DNA of 64,000 nt from an uncultured Chloroflexia bacterium (GTDB taxonomy: Bacteria; Chloroflexota; Limnocylindria; Limnocylindrales; CSP1-4). The notes beneath the pieces are model-generated. The model saw nothing but the letters and a program-made list of their open reading frames with translations, was not told the DNA's origin and did no database searches. Both the position numbers and the translations under genes were made by a program. The stretch covers positions 131,923 to 195,922 of the forward strand of contig CAVVNZ010000009.1 of NCBI GenBank assembly GCA_963749735.1, in the 5' to 3' direction. Shown one piece after another: positions 1 through 9,140 of the stretch. The first letter of the stretch is position 1; each line of letters begins with the position of its first letter.

Positions 1-176
1 TGGTCGATGACGACGTCGAGGATCACCCGGCTTGGCTCGACGCGGATCCCGGCGTAATGGTTGATCGTGAAGTTGCCCAGCGGATGGGCCAGCGCGATCG
101 CGGGCAGGAGGACGACGAGCCCGGCGCCGATCAGCCCGGCGCCGATGCGTCGCGCCCGGCGCCGGCGTGGCGTCAT
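1..176 (-). CDS. partial CDS (N-terminus only, continues past window start): signal-peptide/membrane protein with HPLGNFTINHY motif
   Basis: Hand translation of the reverse strand from ATG at 176-174 gives MTPRRRRARRIGAGLIGAGLVVLLPAIALAHPLGNFTINHYAGIRVEPSRVILDVVID. It has an Arg-rich n-region, a hydrophobic h-region and high GC3. It is missing from the ORF track because the window edge truncates it. Confidence 0.45.
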   Translation of the reverse strand, partial: MTPRRRRARRIGAGLIGAGLVVLLPAIALAHPLGNFTINHYAGIRVEPSRVILDVVID

Positions 177-315
177 GCCGCGCTTCCGGGGGGAAGCGGC
201 GTGGTGGCCTTCATCCCGGCATCGTAGGCGAGGGCGGGATCGTGGGTGTCGGGAGCGGTCGGCATCGACAGGCGTACGTCGACGATCCGGGGATGGATGA
301 ATCGGATCGGCTGGG

Positions 316-321
316 TACACT
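316..321 (+). promoter_or_regulatory. putative -10 box TACACT (preceded by GGG), 6 nt before the tmk GTG: leaderless-type promoter
   Basis: The sequence ctgggTACACTcgcccgGTG is read directly. The same GGG/CGC-TAnnnT pattern recurs before many genes in this window. Confidence 0.35.
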
Positions 322-327
322 CGCCCG

Positions 328-1023
328 GTGCAGGACCAGGAGGCGCCAGCCGCACTCCGCGGCCGGTTCATCACGATCGAGGGGCCAGACGGGGGAGGCA
401 AGACCCTGGTCGCAGCCGCATTGCGGGATGCGCTCGAGGCGCGCGGGATCCAGGTCCGGTTGACCCGCGAGCCCGGCGGGACGTCGGTCGGCGACCGGGT
501 CCGGTCGATGGTCCTCGATCATGTTCCGGACGACCCGCCGCTCGCACCGCGAGCCGATGCGCTCCTGTTCGCCGCGGCGCGAGCGCAGCACGTCAACGAG
601 GTGATCGAGCCGGCGTTGGCCCGTGGGGAGACGGTGATCTGTGCACGCTACGCCGACTCGAGCGTCGCGTACCAGGGGTACGGTCTCGGGCTACCGCTCG
701 ACGATGTCGTCGCCCTCCAGGCGTTCGCGACCGATGGCCTTCGACCCGATCGGACACTCCTGCTCGATCTCCCGGTCGAGGTCGGGCTCGCGCGCAAGCA
801 GGATGACGAGCAGACGCGCTTCGAAGCGGGATTCGATGTGACGTACCATCGCCGCGTTCGAGCCGGCTTCCTGTCGATCGCCTCCACCGAGCCGAGCCGG
901 TTCCGGACGATCGACGCCACCGCTCCCGTCGACGCCGTCGTCGACGCCGCGATCGGGGCCGTCCTCGATCTGTTCCATGGCGGGACTGAACCAAGCCGGT
1001 CCGCGCTGCGCATCCGATCGTGA
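328..1023 (+). CDS. tmk: thymidylate (dTMP) kinase
   Basis: P-loop FITIEGPDGGGKT followed by LTREPGG. Length is 231 aa. GTG start. Confidence 0.9.
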   Translation: MQDQEAPAALRGRFITIEGPDGGGKTLVAAALRDALEARGIQVRLTREPGGTSVGDRVRSMVLDHVPDDPPLAPRADALLFAAARAQHVNEVIEPALARGETVICARYADSSVAYQGYGLGLPLDDVVALQAFATDGLRPDRTLLLDLPVEVGLARKQDDEQTRFEAGFDVTYHRRVRAGFLSIASTEPSRFRTIDATAPVDAVVDAAIGAVLDLFHGGTEPSRSALRIRS

Positions 1024-1646
1024 ATGCCCTGTCGGGTCCCGTCCCCGGCCGGGTCGCGAGCCCCGCTGACGATGCGGACCGGCTCGTGCTCGAGCATGTC
1101 GCGGCGGGCCAGTATGGAGAGATCGAGATCCTCTACGACCGATACGGGGCGATGGCCTTCGCCCTCGCTTACCGCATCACGGGCGACAGTTCGCTCGCCG
1201 AGGACGTCGTCCAGGACGCGTTCGTGGGCGCATGGCGCAACGCGGCGCGCTACGAGCAGGGCCGTGGCAGCGTCAAGACCTGGCTGCTGTCGATCGTCCA
1301 CAACCGGGCCATCGATGCGACGCGACGACGACGGCCGACCACGGAGCTGCCCGAGCCGGAGGCCGGTCCGACGCCCGGAGCGCTGACCGAGCCCGATGTC
1401 TGGGCCGAGGTGGCCGGGCGGCTCGATCGCGACCGGGTCACGGCCGCCCTCCGGACGCTGAGCGACGTCCAGCGGGAAGCCCTCGAGCTGGGCTACTTCG
1501 GCGGGCTCACCCAGCAGGAGATCGCCGATCGCACCGCGACGCCGCTGGGCACCGTCAAGAGCCGGATGCGCCTCGGGCTGCTGTCGTTGCGCCGGGTCCT
1601 GGTCGGTGACGGTCCGGCCGGCGGCGAAGGGACGGGCGGGCGATGA
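1020..1646 (+). CDS. ECF-type RNA polymerase sigma-70 family factor (SigK-like)
   Basis: Region 2 reads DVVQDAFVGAWRNAARY..TWLLSIVHNRAIDATRRRR. Region 4 HTH reads REALELGYFGGLTQQEIADRTATPLGTVKSRMRLGL. GTGA overlap with the tmk stop. Confidence 0.9.
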   Translation: MNALSGPVPGRVASPADDADRLVLEHVAAGQYGEIEILYDRYGAMAFALAYRITGDSSLAEDVVQDAFVGAWRNAARYEQGRGSVKTWLLSIVHNRAIDATRRRRPTTELPEPEAGPTPGALTEPDVWAEVAGRLDRDRVTAALRTLSDVQREALELGYFGGLTQQEIADRTATPLGTVKSRMRLGLLSLRRVLVGDGPAGGEGTGGR

Positions 1647-2557
1647 CCGACCGGCCGGCCGCGATGTCCCCGGCCTGCGACGAGGTCCGCGACCTGGCTG
1701 CAGGGTACGTGCTCGGAGCGCTCGATCCGGCCGGCATGACGGCGGTGCGCGAGCACCTGGCCGCCTGCCCGGAGGCCCATCTGGAGTTCGCCGAGCTCGG
1801 CGGAGTGGTCCCGTACCTGGCCGACTCACTCGAACCGATGCCGCCGCCGGCCGCCCTTCGTGGGCGGATGCTGGCGGCCATCGCCGCCGAGGCACTCGGT
1901 CAGGCGTCGGCATCGGCGGTCGGGTCGGGTCCGGCGGAGGCGCTCGCAGCGGCGGGAGAGCCGGGACCGGCTTCCGCCGGCCCGGGTCCGACGACCGTTC
2001 CTCTCTCCGCGGCCGCGTCCGTTCCCGCGGCCGGGGCACCCGTCGTCTCGCTCGACGCGGAACGGAGACGCCGGCGCTCGCCGCTCGTCTGGGTGGCGTC
2101 CATCGCCGCCGTCCTGCTCATCGTCGGACTGGCCGCCTGGAACGTGTCGCTCCGCAGCGAGCTCGACGGCGCGCAGGCGTACGGGGCTGCCGTCGACCAC
2201 GTCCTCGCGCTGGCGGGGACGGCCGGAGGGCAGGCCGCGATCCTTGCCCCAGCGCAGCCCGGCGGTCCGTCGGGGATCGCGGCGGTCGGCGCCGACGGGA
2301 CGGTCCGGATCGCCATGCGCGGATTGGCGCCGACCGCCGGCACCGAGGTCTACGAAGCCTGGGTCATCGGGGCGGACAAGACGCCGGTCGCGATCGGTTC
2401 GTTCGTGCCCGACGCCGCCGGGTACGGGACGATGGCCGCCGAGCGCGCCCCGACCGGCCCGGGCGTGACGATCGCCCTCACCCGCGAACCGACGGCCGGT
2501 CGGACCACGCCCACGCCTCCGGTCCTGTCAAGTGGGGTCGCGTCCGGCACGACCTAG
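1643..2557 (+). CDS. anti-sigma factor (zf-HC2 N-terminus, TM segment, RskA-like C-terminal domain)
   Basis: N-terminal segment CDEVRDLAAGYVLGALDP..HLAACPEAH, central TM WVASIAAVLLIVGLAAW, C-terminal YEAWVIGADKTPVAIGSF. ATGA overlap with the sigma gene. Confidence 0.8.
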   Translation: MTDRPAAMSPACDEVRDLAAGYVLGALDPAGMTAVREHLAACPEAHLEFAELGGVVPYLADSLEPMPPPAALRGRMLAAIAAEALGQASASAVGSGPAEALAAAGEPGPASAGPGPTTVPLSAAASVPAAGAPVVSLDAERRRRRSPLVWVASIAAVLLIVGLAAWNVSLRSELDGAQAYGAAVDHVLALAGTAGGQAAILAPAQPGGPSGIAAVGADGTVRIAMRGLAPTAGTEVYEAWVIGADKTPVAIGSFVPDAAGYGTMAAERAPTGPGVTIALTREPTAGRTTPTPPVLSSGVASGTT

Positions 2558-2616
2558 CACAGCGGCCGACCAACCACCGCGACCGGCGGGCTCCGACGGA
2601 GGCGATGCCCTCCGGA

Positions 2617-3597
2617 TCAGCCCTCGGTGGCGGCGAGCGGCGGAGCGGCGAGGCCGCCCCGACCTGCCGCCCGGGCCGCTGCGAGCGCGGCATCGGCGGC
2701 CGCCCGCAGGTCCTCGGCCGTCCCGCCGTCGATCGGGAACCGCGCCACGCCGGCCGAGACGGTGATGCTCCTGCCCGACGATCCGGCCGGGAGAGCCGCG
2801 ATCCCGTCGAGGACGCGCTGGGCGACGGTCATCCCGGCCGACCCGGGCGCCACGAGGACGAACTCGTCCCCGCCGACGCGCGCGACGGTGTCGACCAGCC
2901 GGACGGACTCGGCGAGCACGGCCGCGACCGATCGCAGGACGTCATCGCCGGCTCCGTGCCCGGACGTCTCGTTGGTCGCACCGAGATCGTCGACGTCGAA
3001 GACCGCCAGTGAGACCTCGCCCCCCTGGCGGCCCGCGCGGGCGAGCTCCAGCTCGAGGATCCGGCCGAACGTCCGCTCATTGGCGAGCCCGGTCAGCGGG
3101 TCGGTGTGGGCGATCCGCTCGAACCACTCGGATCGTTCGACCAGGAGCGACGAGACGCGGGCGCGATCGACGGCCACCGCGATGAGATCGGCGAAGGCCG
3201 GCACGATCGACCGCTCCTCCTCGGTCGCCGCGACGTCGGGCGCCCGGACGAGCGACAGGACGCCGACGAGCTGGTCGATGCCGCCGCGGGTCACGACGAG
3301 CGGGACGTCGACGCTGCCCTCGCCCATCCTCGCGGTCCGGTCGGCCGCCGTCAGCGCGACGGAGCCGTCTGACCTGGCGACCTCGGCCTCGAACGCGGCC
3401 CGCGTCGCTTCGTCGCCGCCGACCGTGACGGCGACCTGGAGGTCGGCCCGGTCGGGGTCCTGGAGCGTCACCGCGGCGAACGACGCGTCCAGTGCTCCCG
3501 CCAGGATCCCGAGCAGACGGGCGACGCCCGCATCGAGATCGTCGGTGGCCGCGAGGGCGGCCGCGCCCTGGGTGAGCAGATCCGTGGAGACGTCCAT
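2617..3597 (-). CDS. diguanylate cyclase, GAF-like N-terminal domain + GGDEF
   Basis: Motif run HTDPLTGLANERTF..VFDVDDLGATNETSGHGAGDDVL..RVGGDEFVLV. GGAGGA SD lies upstream of the ATG. Confidence 0.85.
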   Translation of the reverse strand: MDVSTDLLTQGAAALAATDDLDAGVARLLGILAGALDASFAAVTLQDPDRADLQVAVTVGGDEATRAAFEAEVARSDGSVALTAADRTARMGEGSVDVPLVVTRGGIDQLVGVLSLVRAPDVAATEEERSIVPAFADLIAVAVDRARVSSLLVERSEWFERIAHTDPLTGLANERTFGRILELELARAGRQGGEVSLAVFDVDDLGATNETSGHGAGDDVLRSVAAVLAESVRLVDTVARVGGDEFVLVAPGSAGMTVAQRVLDGIAALPAGSSGRSITVSAGVARFPIDGGTAEDLRAAADAALAAARAAGRGGLAAPPLAATEG

Positions 3598-3679
3598 CGC
3601 GCGGGTGTCCTCCGGGGTGGAGCGGTGAGGACCGCATGCTACGCCACCCGGGCACCGATGCGAGGCCGACGGCGCATCC

Positions 3680-3685
3680 TATACT
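3680..3685 (+). promoter_or_regulatory. putative -10 box TATACT, 7 nt before the darA ATG (leaderless-type)
   Basis: The sequence cctATACTccgcccgATG is read directly. Confidence 0.35.
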
Positions 3686-3692
3686 CCGCCCG

Positions 3693-4022
3693 ATGAAGCT
3701 CGTCGTCGCCATCGTCCACAACGAGGATGCCGGCGCCCTCGTCGACGCCCTCCTCGAGGGCGAGCACCGCGCGACGCGCCTTCACTCGTCCGGGGGCTTC
3801 CTCAAGCAGTCCAATGCGACGATCCTCGTCGGCGTCGAGGACGACAAGGTCGAGGAGATCCTCGGGATCGTCCGGACGAACTGCACGGCCCGGACCCAGA
3901 TCGTCAATCCGATGCCGCCGATCATGGAGCCGGGCGAGTTCTTCATGCCCTACCCGCTCGAGGTCGAAGTCGGCGGCGCGACGGTCTTCGTCCTGCCGGT
4001 CGAACGCCTCGAGCGACTCTGA
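3693..4022 (+). CDS. darA: PII-like cyclic-di-AMP receptor protein (DarA/YaaQ family)
   Basis: MKLVVAIVHNEDAGALVDAL..ATRLHSSGGFLKQSNATILVGVEDDKV..YPLEVEVGGATVFVLPVE matches the YaaQ/DarA signature as remembered. The internal ATG at 3693 is preferred over the track start at 3636. tmk-yaaQ linkage is known in Firmicutes. Confidence 0.8.
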   Translation: MKLVVAIVHNEDAGALVDALLEGEHRATRLHSSGGFLKQSNATILVGVEDDKVEEILGIVRTNCTARTQIVNPMPPIMEPGEFFMPYPLEVEVGGATVFVLPVERLERL

Positions 4023-4030
4023 CCGGGCCC

Positions 4031-4627
4031 ATGACCGCGTGGCTGGCCGCGTTGGACGCGGGCGCACCCGACGTCGTGGCCGCGTTCCGCGCCCTCGATG
4101 AGGAGCGGTTCGTCGAGTGTCGCCGCGAGATCCGGCGGCGGGCGGGGTCGGGGACCGCGGATCACATCGTGACGGAGCTCGGGATCGTCGCCTCCGCGTT
4201 GACGGCGATCGTCGCCGAGCTGCCCGACGAGGCCTTCGCCCTGCCCGGTGGCGAGGGCGACTGGACCGTCGCCGAGGCCGTCGGCCACGATGCCTCGGCC
4301 CGCGCCGGGCTGGTCCTGGCCGCGAGCCTCGCCGCCACGGGTCGCTGGCCGGTCGATGCCCCGGCGGTCGTGCCCGGCGTGCCCGGCGGCCCCGACGCGG
4401 GTCGCGCCGCACTGATCGGCCGGATCGAGACGAGCCAGCGGATCGTCGTCCGCTCGGCGCGGGCGGTGGCCGGGCACGAGCTCGATCCGTGCCCGCTCGA
4501 CCATCCCCTGGTCGGTCGCCTCCGCTGCGGCGAGTGGCTGCTCTTCGCCGGCGTCCATGACCTGATGCATCTCGATCAGCTCCACCGCATCGCGTTCGAG
4601 CTCGAGCGAGCCGGGGTCCGAGCCTGA
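4031..4627 (+). CDS. DinB/YfiT-like metal-dependent four-helix-bundle protein
   Basis: His triad pattern AEAVGHDA ... GVHDLMHLDQLHRI. Weak family-level call. Confidence 0.6.
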   Translation: MTAWLAALDAGAPDVVAAFRALDEERFVECRREIRRRAGSGTADHIVTELGIVASALTAIVAELPDEAFALPGGEGDWTVAEAVGHDASARAGLVLAASLAATGRWPVDAPAVVPGVPGGPDAGRAALIGRIETSQRIVVRSARAVAGHELDPCPLDHPLVGRLRCGEWLLFAGVHDLMHLDQLHRIAFELERAGVRA

Positions 4628-4629
4628 CG

Positions 4630-5118
4630 ATGGTCCGTCCCGATCTCGTCGACGTGTGGGTCTTCCGACTGCCTCGGCCGGGCGAGCCCGAGATCCTGCT
4701 GATGCGTCGGTCGTCGACGCGGATCCTGGCGGGCCTGTGGCAGGGGGTGTCCGGGTCGCTCGAGGACGGCGAGCGGATCACGGCCGGCGCGCTCCGCGAG
4801 CTCCGCGAGGAGACGGGCTTCGCCGGTCCCGGGATCGAGATGTTCTACGACCTCGACCTCGTCAACCAGTTCCACTGGTCACCCGTCGACGCGATCGTGA
4901 GTGCCGCCGTGTTCGCGGTCCGGGTGGGCCCGGCTGCCGAGCCGGTCCTGTCGGACGAGCACGACGCCTATCGCTGGCGGACCCCCCGTGACGCGCACGC
5001 GATGATCGTCTGGCCGGGCTACCACGATGCCTTGACGATCATCGAACGCGACCTTCTTGACCCGGACCGCGAACCGTGGTTCCAGCTTCACCCCGACGGG
5101 AGCCGGGTCCGGGGCTGA
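4630..5118 (+). CDS. NUDIX hydrolase
   Basis: Nudix box GLWQGVSGSLEDGERITAGALRELREETGF. Confidence 0.8.
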   Translation: MVRPDLVDVWVFRLPRPGEPEILLMRRSSTRILAGLWQGVSGSLEDGERITAGALRELREETGFAGPGIEMFYDLDLVNQFHWSPVDAIVSAAVFAVRVGPAAEPVLSDEHDAYRWRTPRDAHAMIVWPGYHDALTIIERDLLDPDREPWFQLHPDGSRVRG

Positions 5119-5200
5119 CCCTCGGGCGGGTCTGCTCCCCACGCATCGGCGGCGGGGGTCCCGGATGGTAGACTGACCCGCAACCTGCCCCGGCCCGCGG

Positions 5201-6436
5201 ATGGCGGCCCGCGCACCCTCGGAGGCCAGATTGCTCGACAGGACCGACGCCCCCACGACGACCCCCACGGCACCGATGTCGGACGCCGCGCAGCGGCGGG
5301 TCTTCCACTCGAAGGTCGACACGATCCGACCGACCTACGGCTTCGAGGACGTCAGCCTGGCCCCCGGGACCAGCACGGTCGAGCCGAACGACGTCGACGT
5401 GGCCCAGACGTTCTGCGGCATCGACCTCGCCATCCCGATCCTCGCCTCCGCCATGGATGCCGTCGTGGACGCCCGGTTCGCCGGCGCGCTCGGGCGGCTC
5501 GGCGGTCTGGCGGTCCTCAATCTCGAGGGGGTCCAGACCCGGTTCGACGATCCGGATGCCGTCCTCGAACGCATCGCCCTGGCCCCCGACGCCGAGGTCC
5601 AGGACCTCCTCGCCGAGGTCTATGCCGAGCCGATCCGCGAGGAGCTCATCGCCCAGCGGATCGAGGAGATCCACGCGGCCGGGTCGAAGGTCGCCGTCGC
5701 CGCGACGCCGGGAGCGGCCCGGCGGTTCGGGCCGTTCTGCGCCGAGCACGGCGCCGACCTGTTCCTCGTCCAGAGCCAGGTCTCGAGCGCGCGGCATCTC
5801 GCCACCGGGTACGACCCGCTGTCACTCGACGACTTCACCCGGTTCATGCCGATCCCGGTCGCGGTCGGCAATACGACCAATGCCGAGGCGGCCTTCGCGC
5901 TCATGGAACAGGGCGCCGCGGCGGTCTTCGTCGGTGTCGGCCCGGGCGCGGCCTGCACCACCCGCGAGGTCCTCGGGATCGGCGTCCCGCAGGTGACGGC
6001 GATCAGCGACGTGGCCGCCGCCCGCGACGCCTACCTCGCCGAGTCGGGCCGCTACGTCCCCGTGGTCGCCGACGGCGGGATGCGCCGCGGCGGCGAGCTC
6101 GCCAAGGCGATCGCCGTCGGCGCCGATGTCCTGATGATCGGCTCGCCGCTCGCCCGCGCCGCGGAGGCGCCCGGTCGGGGCACGAACTGGGGGATGGCCG
6201 CTCCGTCGCCGACGCTCCCGAGAGGGACGCGGATCAAGGTCGGGACCGTCGGTTCGCTCGAGCGGATCCTGTTCGGTCCGGCCCATGTGACCGACGGATC
6301 CGAGAACCTCATCGGCGCGCTGCGGCAATCGATGGCGGCGCTCGGTGCCCGGACGATCCGCGAGATGCAGCAGGTCGAGATGGTCTATGCGCCGTCGGTC
6401 CAGACCGAGGGCAAGTCCTGGCAGAAGGCCCGCTGA
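5201..6436 (+). CDS. IMP dehydrogenase-related protein (GuaB3-like, no CBS insert)
   Basis: Motifs YGFEDVSLAPG, PILASAMDAVVD..LGRLGGLAVLNLEG and ADGGMRRGGELAKAIAVGAD. The start could instead be the ATG at 5276 (MSDAAQRRVF). Confidence 0.8.
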   Translation: MAARAPSEARLLDRTDAPTTTPTAPMSDAAQRRVFHSKVDTIRPTYGFEDVSLAPGTSTVEPNDVDVAQTFCGIDLAIPILASAMDAVVDARFAGALGRLGGLAVLNLEGVQTRFDDPDAVLERIALAPDAEVQDLLAEVYAEPIREELIAQRIEEIHAAGSKVAVAATPGAARRFGPFCAEHGADLFLVQSQVSSARHLATGYDPLSLDDFTRFMPIPVAVGNTTNAEAAFALMEQGAAAVFVGVGPGAACTTREVLGIGVPQVTAISDVAAARDAYLAESGRYVPVVADGGMRRGGELAKAIAVGADVLMIGSPLARAAEAPGRGTNWGMAAPSPTLPRGTRIKVGTVGSLERILFGPAHVTDGSENLIGALRQSMAALGARTIREMQQVEMVYAPSVQTEGKSWQKAR

Positions 6437-6822
6437 CGTCCGCCGAGGGGACGCTGTTCGACGCCGTCGGCGGACTGCCCTTCTTCGAGGCGCTCGTCGG
6501 CGGGTTCTACGATCGAGTCGCCGACGACCCCGTCCTTCGTCCGCTGTACCCGGAGGCGGACACCGGCCTTCCGATGGCCCGGCACCGGTTGACCCTGTTC
6601 CTGGCCCAGTACTGGGGTGGCCCGACGACGTACGACCGGGAGCGGGGTCACCCGCGTCTGCGCATGCGGCACGCCCCGTTCGCCATCGGACCGGCGGAGC
6701 GGGACGCCTGGCTCGGGCACATGCGAGGCGCGCTCACGTCGCTCGACCCTGCGCCGCCGATCGCGGCGAAGCTCGACGCGTACTTCGAGATGGCCGCCGA
6801 AGCGATGCGCAACCGGGGATGA
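6433..6822 (+). CDS. glbO: group II truncated hemoglobin (trHbO)
   Basis: The track ORF 6574..6822 reads LFLAQYWGGPTTYDRERGHPRLRMRHAPFAIGPAERDAWL. Hand translation of 6451-6573 in the same frame gives TLFDAVGGLPFFEALVGGFYDRVADDPVLRPLYPEADTGLP. The only plausible start is CTG 6433, overlapping the upstream TGA, which gives about 129 aa. Confidence 0.75.
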   Translation: MTSAEGTLFDAVGGLPFFEALVGGFYDRVADDPVLRPLYPEADTGLPMARHRLTLFLAQYWGGPTTYDRERGHPRLRMRHAPFAIGPAERDAWLGHMRGALTSLDPAPPIAAKLDAYFEMAAEAMRNRG

Positions 6823-6864
6823 CCGTCCCAGCGGCCGCGTCGGGCCCTTGCCGGATCCGTAGAG

Positions 6865-9033
6865 ATGGGTAGTCTGGCGCGCATGCCGATCCGTCGAAAG
6901 CTCCTTCGGAACCGGCGGTTTGCCGTCTCGGCGCTCCTCGCGACGGCCATGCTGGCGGGTTGCGGCTCGACGGCCCCCGGGTTCACCCACATCCCGGCCC
7001 AGCTGCCCGCCGCATCGGGGTCCTCGGCACCCGAGTCGTCGAGCGCCGCCTCGGCGGGCACGCCATCGTCCGGCGCATCACCGTCGGCCGAGGTCCCAGC
7101 CACAACGGGCACGCCCGTCGCCTCGACGCCTACGGCCAGTCCGGCCGCATCCGGTGCCCCGGGTCCGTCGGCGTCACCCGCGGCCGCTGGGGGCGCGATC
7201 CCGTACACCTTCGTCAAGAAGGAGGCCTGCCCGAAGAGCACGTTCGAATGCATCACCCTTGCGGTCCCCCGCGACCACGCGGATCCGACCGGGCCGACCT
7301 GGGACATCACCTACGCCATCCACCGGGCGACAGGCACCAAGCTCGGCACCTTCGTGACGATCACCGGCGGTCCCGGGTACAGCGGACTGGCCGCCGCCGA
7401 TCCGTACACGGACGCGTTCGATCCGAAGCTCGCCGAGCACTACGACCTGGTGTTCATGGACCAGCGTGGCGTCGGTCAGTCGCACCCGATCCAGTGCCCG
7501 TACGCGACGGGGGTCTACTACTCGAGCACCGCCGACCCCGGCGACCCGGCCCAGCGGGAGGCCGCTGCCGCAGCCGCCAAGAAGTACGTCGCCGACTGCA
7601 TGACCGAGTCGAAGGCCGACGTGGCCGACCTTCCGTATTACGCGACGACGAACGCGGTCGAGGACCTCGAGGCCTTCCGCGACTACCTCGGCGTCGACAA
7701 GATGATGCTGTACGGCGAGAGCTACGGCACGCAGTACGTGCAGACGTACGCCGCGGCCCATCCGGACCGCGTCAAGGCGCTGTTCATCGACGGTCCGGTC
7801 GACCTGGTCCCGGACGCGATCGCCTACTACAAGGAAGGCGCCCGGGCCTTCGACGACGTCCTGTACGAGGCCCTGACGGCGTGCAAGGCCGACGCAGCCT
7901 GCCGCGCCGGCTTCGTCGGCGGGGATCCGCTGGCCACCTACGACGCCCTGGCCGCCAGGCTCAAGGCCGCGCCGATCGGCTTCCGCTTCCCGACGGCAAA
8001 GGGCACGTTCGAGACCCGCCAGCTGACCCAGACCGACCTCACCAACCTCGCCGCGGGCTACGCCTACGGCCCGGACGACCGGTCCCAGTTCCTGCGCGAC
8101 CTCGCCGCCGCATCGCATGGCGACTACGTCCCGATGGCTCGGGCCGCGTACGACAGCATCGTGCTCGACCCGGAGACGCTCCAGGCGATCCCCGACCCCA
8201 CCTACAGCGACGCGATGTACTACTCGACCGAGTGCCAGGACTACGCGTTCTACCTCGGCGGCGGGACGCCCGACGCCCGAGCGGCCGCCTGGATGGACGA
8301 GGGAGCGAAGGCGGGGATCAACGACCTCCGGCTCGGCTCGACCTTCTACGGGGATATGCCGTGTGTCTACTGGCCCGCGCAGCCGAAGACCGATCCGCGA
8401 CCCAAGGCCATCGTCGATCCGCCCTACCCGACGTTCATCATGACCGCCACGGCCGATGTCGCGACGCCGATCGCCAATGCGATGCGTCTGTTCGGACGAC
8501 TCGACGACGCCTACATGTTCGAGGCGCTTGGCGGCGACCACGTGATCTTCGGGCGCGGTGACGCCTGCCCGGACAACCCGATCACCGACTACCTCGTGTC
8601 GGGCACGCTGCCGGCGACGCGGGTGACCACCTGCCCCAACGACGTCATCGATCCCTACGTCCCGAACGCGAAGCCACGCGCGGCCGACTACCGCGACGCG
8701 CTGGCGCTGATGACCTCGATGGAGACGCAGATCTCCAACACGGACGACTACACCTATCGGGTCGACGAGGATCCGATCACGATGGGCTGCAACCTGGGTG
8801 GGACGCTGACCTACACGCCGGTCAAGGGGGGCACCGCGCTGCGCCTCGACCGGTGTGCCTTCACCCGGGGTGCGCCGATGACCGGCTCAGGCAAGATCGA
8901 CGATGACGCGGGGACCTTCCGCCTGGCGGTCAGGCTCGGCGGGGGCAACCGGCTGAGCTACTTCGACGATGCCGACGGCGTCCGGACGGTCCGAGGCACG
9001 TACCGCGGCGAGCGGGTGAACCTGAAGCGCTGA
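6865..9033 (+). CDS. secreted lipoprotein, alpha/beta hydrolase of the tripeptidyl-aminopeptidase (TAP, S33-like) type with a C-terminal extension
   Basis: Lipobox LLATAMLAGCGS, low-complexity S/A/P linker, GGPGYSG, nucleophile elbow LYGESYGTQY, and a TAP-like C-terminal part IMTATADVATP..GGDHVIF. Confidence 0.8.
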   Translation: MGSLARMPIRRKLLRNRRFAVSALLATAMLAGCGSTAPGFTHIPAQLPAASGSSAPESSSAASAGTPSSGASPSAEVPATTGTPVASTPTASPAASGAPGPSASPAAAGGAIPYTFVKKEACPKSTFECITLAVPRDHADPTGPTWDITYAIHRATGTKLGTFVTITGGPGYSGLAAADPYTDAFDPKLAEHYDLVFMDQRGVGQSHPIQCPYATGVYYSSTADPGDPAQREAAAAAAKKYVADCMTESKADVADLPYYATTNAVEDLEAFRDYLGVDKMMLYGESYGTQYVQTYAAAHPDRVKALFIDGPVDLVPDAIAYYKEGARAFDDVLYEALTACKADAACRAGFVGGDPLATYDALAARLKAAPIGFRFPTAKGTFETRQLTQTDLTNLAAGYAYGPDDRSQFLRDLAAASHGDYVPMARAAYDSIVLDPETLQAIPDPTYSDAMYYSTECQDYAFYLGGGTPDARAAAWMDEGAKAGINDLRLGSTFYGDMPCVYWPAQPKTDPRPKAIVDPPYPTFIMTATADVATPIANAMRLFGRLDDAYMFEALGGDHVIFGRGDACPDNPITDYLVSGTLPATRVTTCPNDVIDPYVPNAKPRAADYRDALALMTSMETQISNTDDYTYRVDEDPITMGCNLGGTLTYTPVKGGTALRLDRCAFTRGAPMTGSGKIDDDAGTFRLAVRLGGGNRLSYFDDADGVRTVRGTYRGERVNLKR
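6870..6875 (+). promoter_or_regulatory. putative -10 box TAGTCT, 7 nt before ATG 6883 (alternative leaderless start of the hydrolase gene)
   Basis: The sequence gggTAGTCTggcgcgcATG is read directly. Confidence 0.3.
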
Positions 9034-9140
9034 CGCGGGTTGCGCCGGTGCACCGCTTTCGGTCCCCGGCGGCGTCGCGTCCCTCGTGCCCGATCCCCGT
9101 CCCGCGCTAGAGTGCGTCGCATCGACCCCTCGGAGGGACC

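Noticed and set aside
2592-2616. Possible bidirectional terminator hairpin between the convergent anti-sigma and GGDEF genes
   Set aside because: Hand pairing of tccgacggaggc/gccctccgga needs bulges and gives only about 6-7 bp. That is too weak to call.
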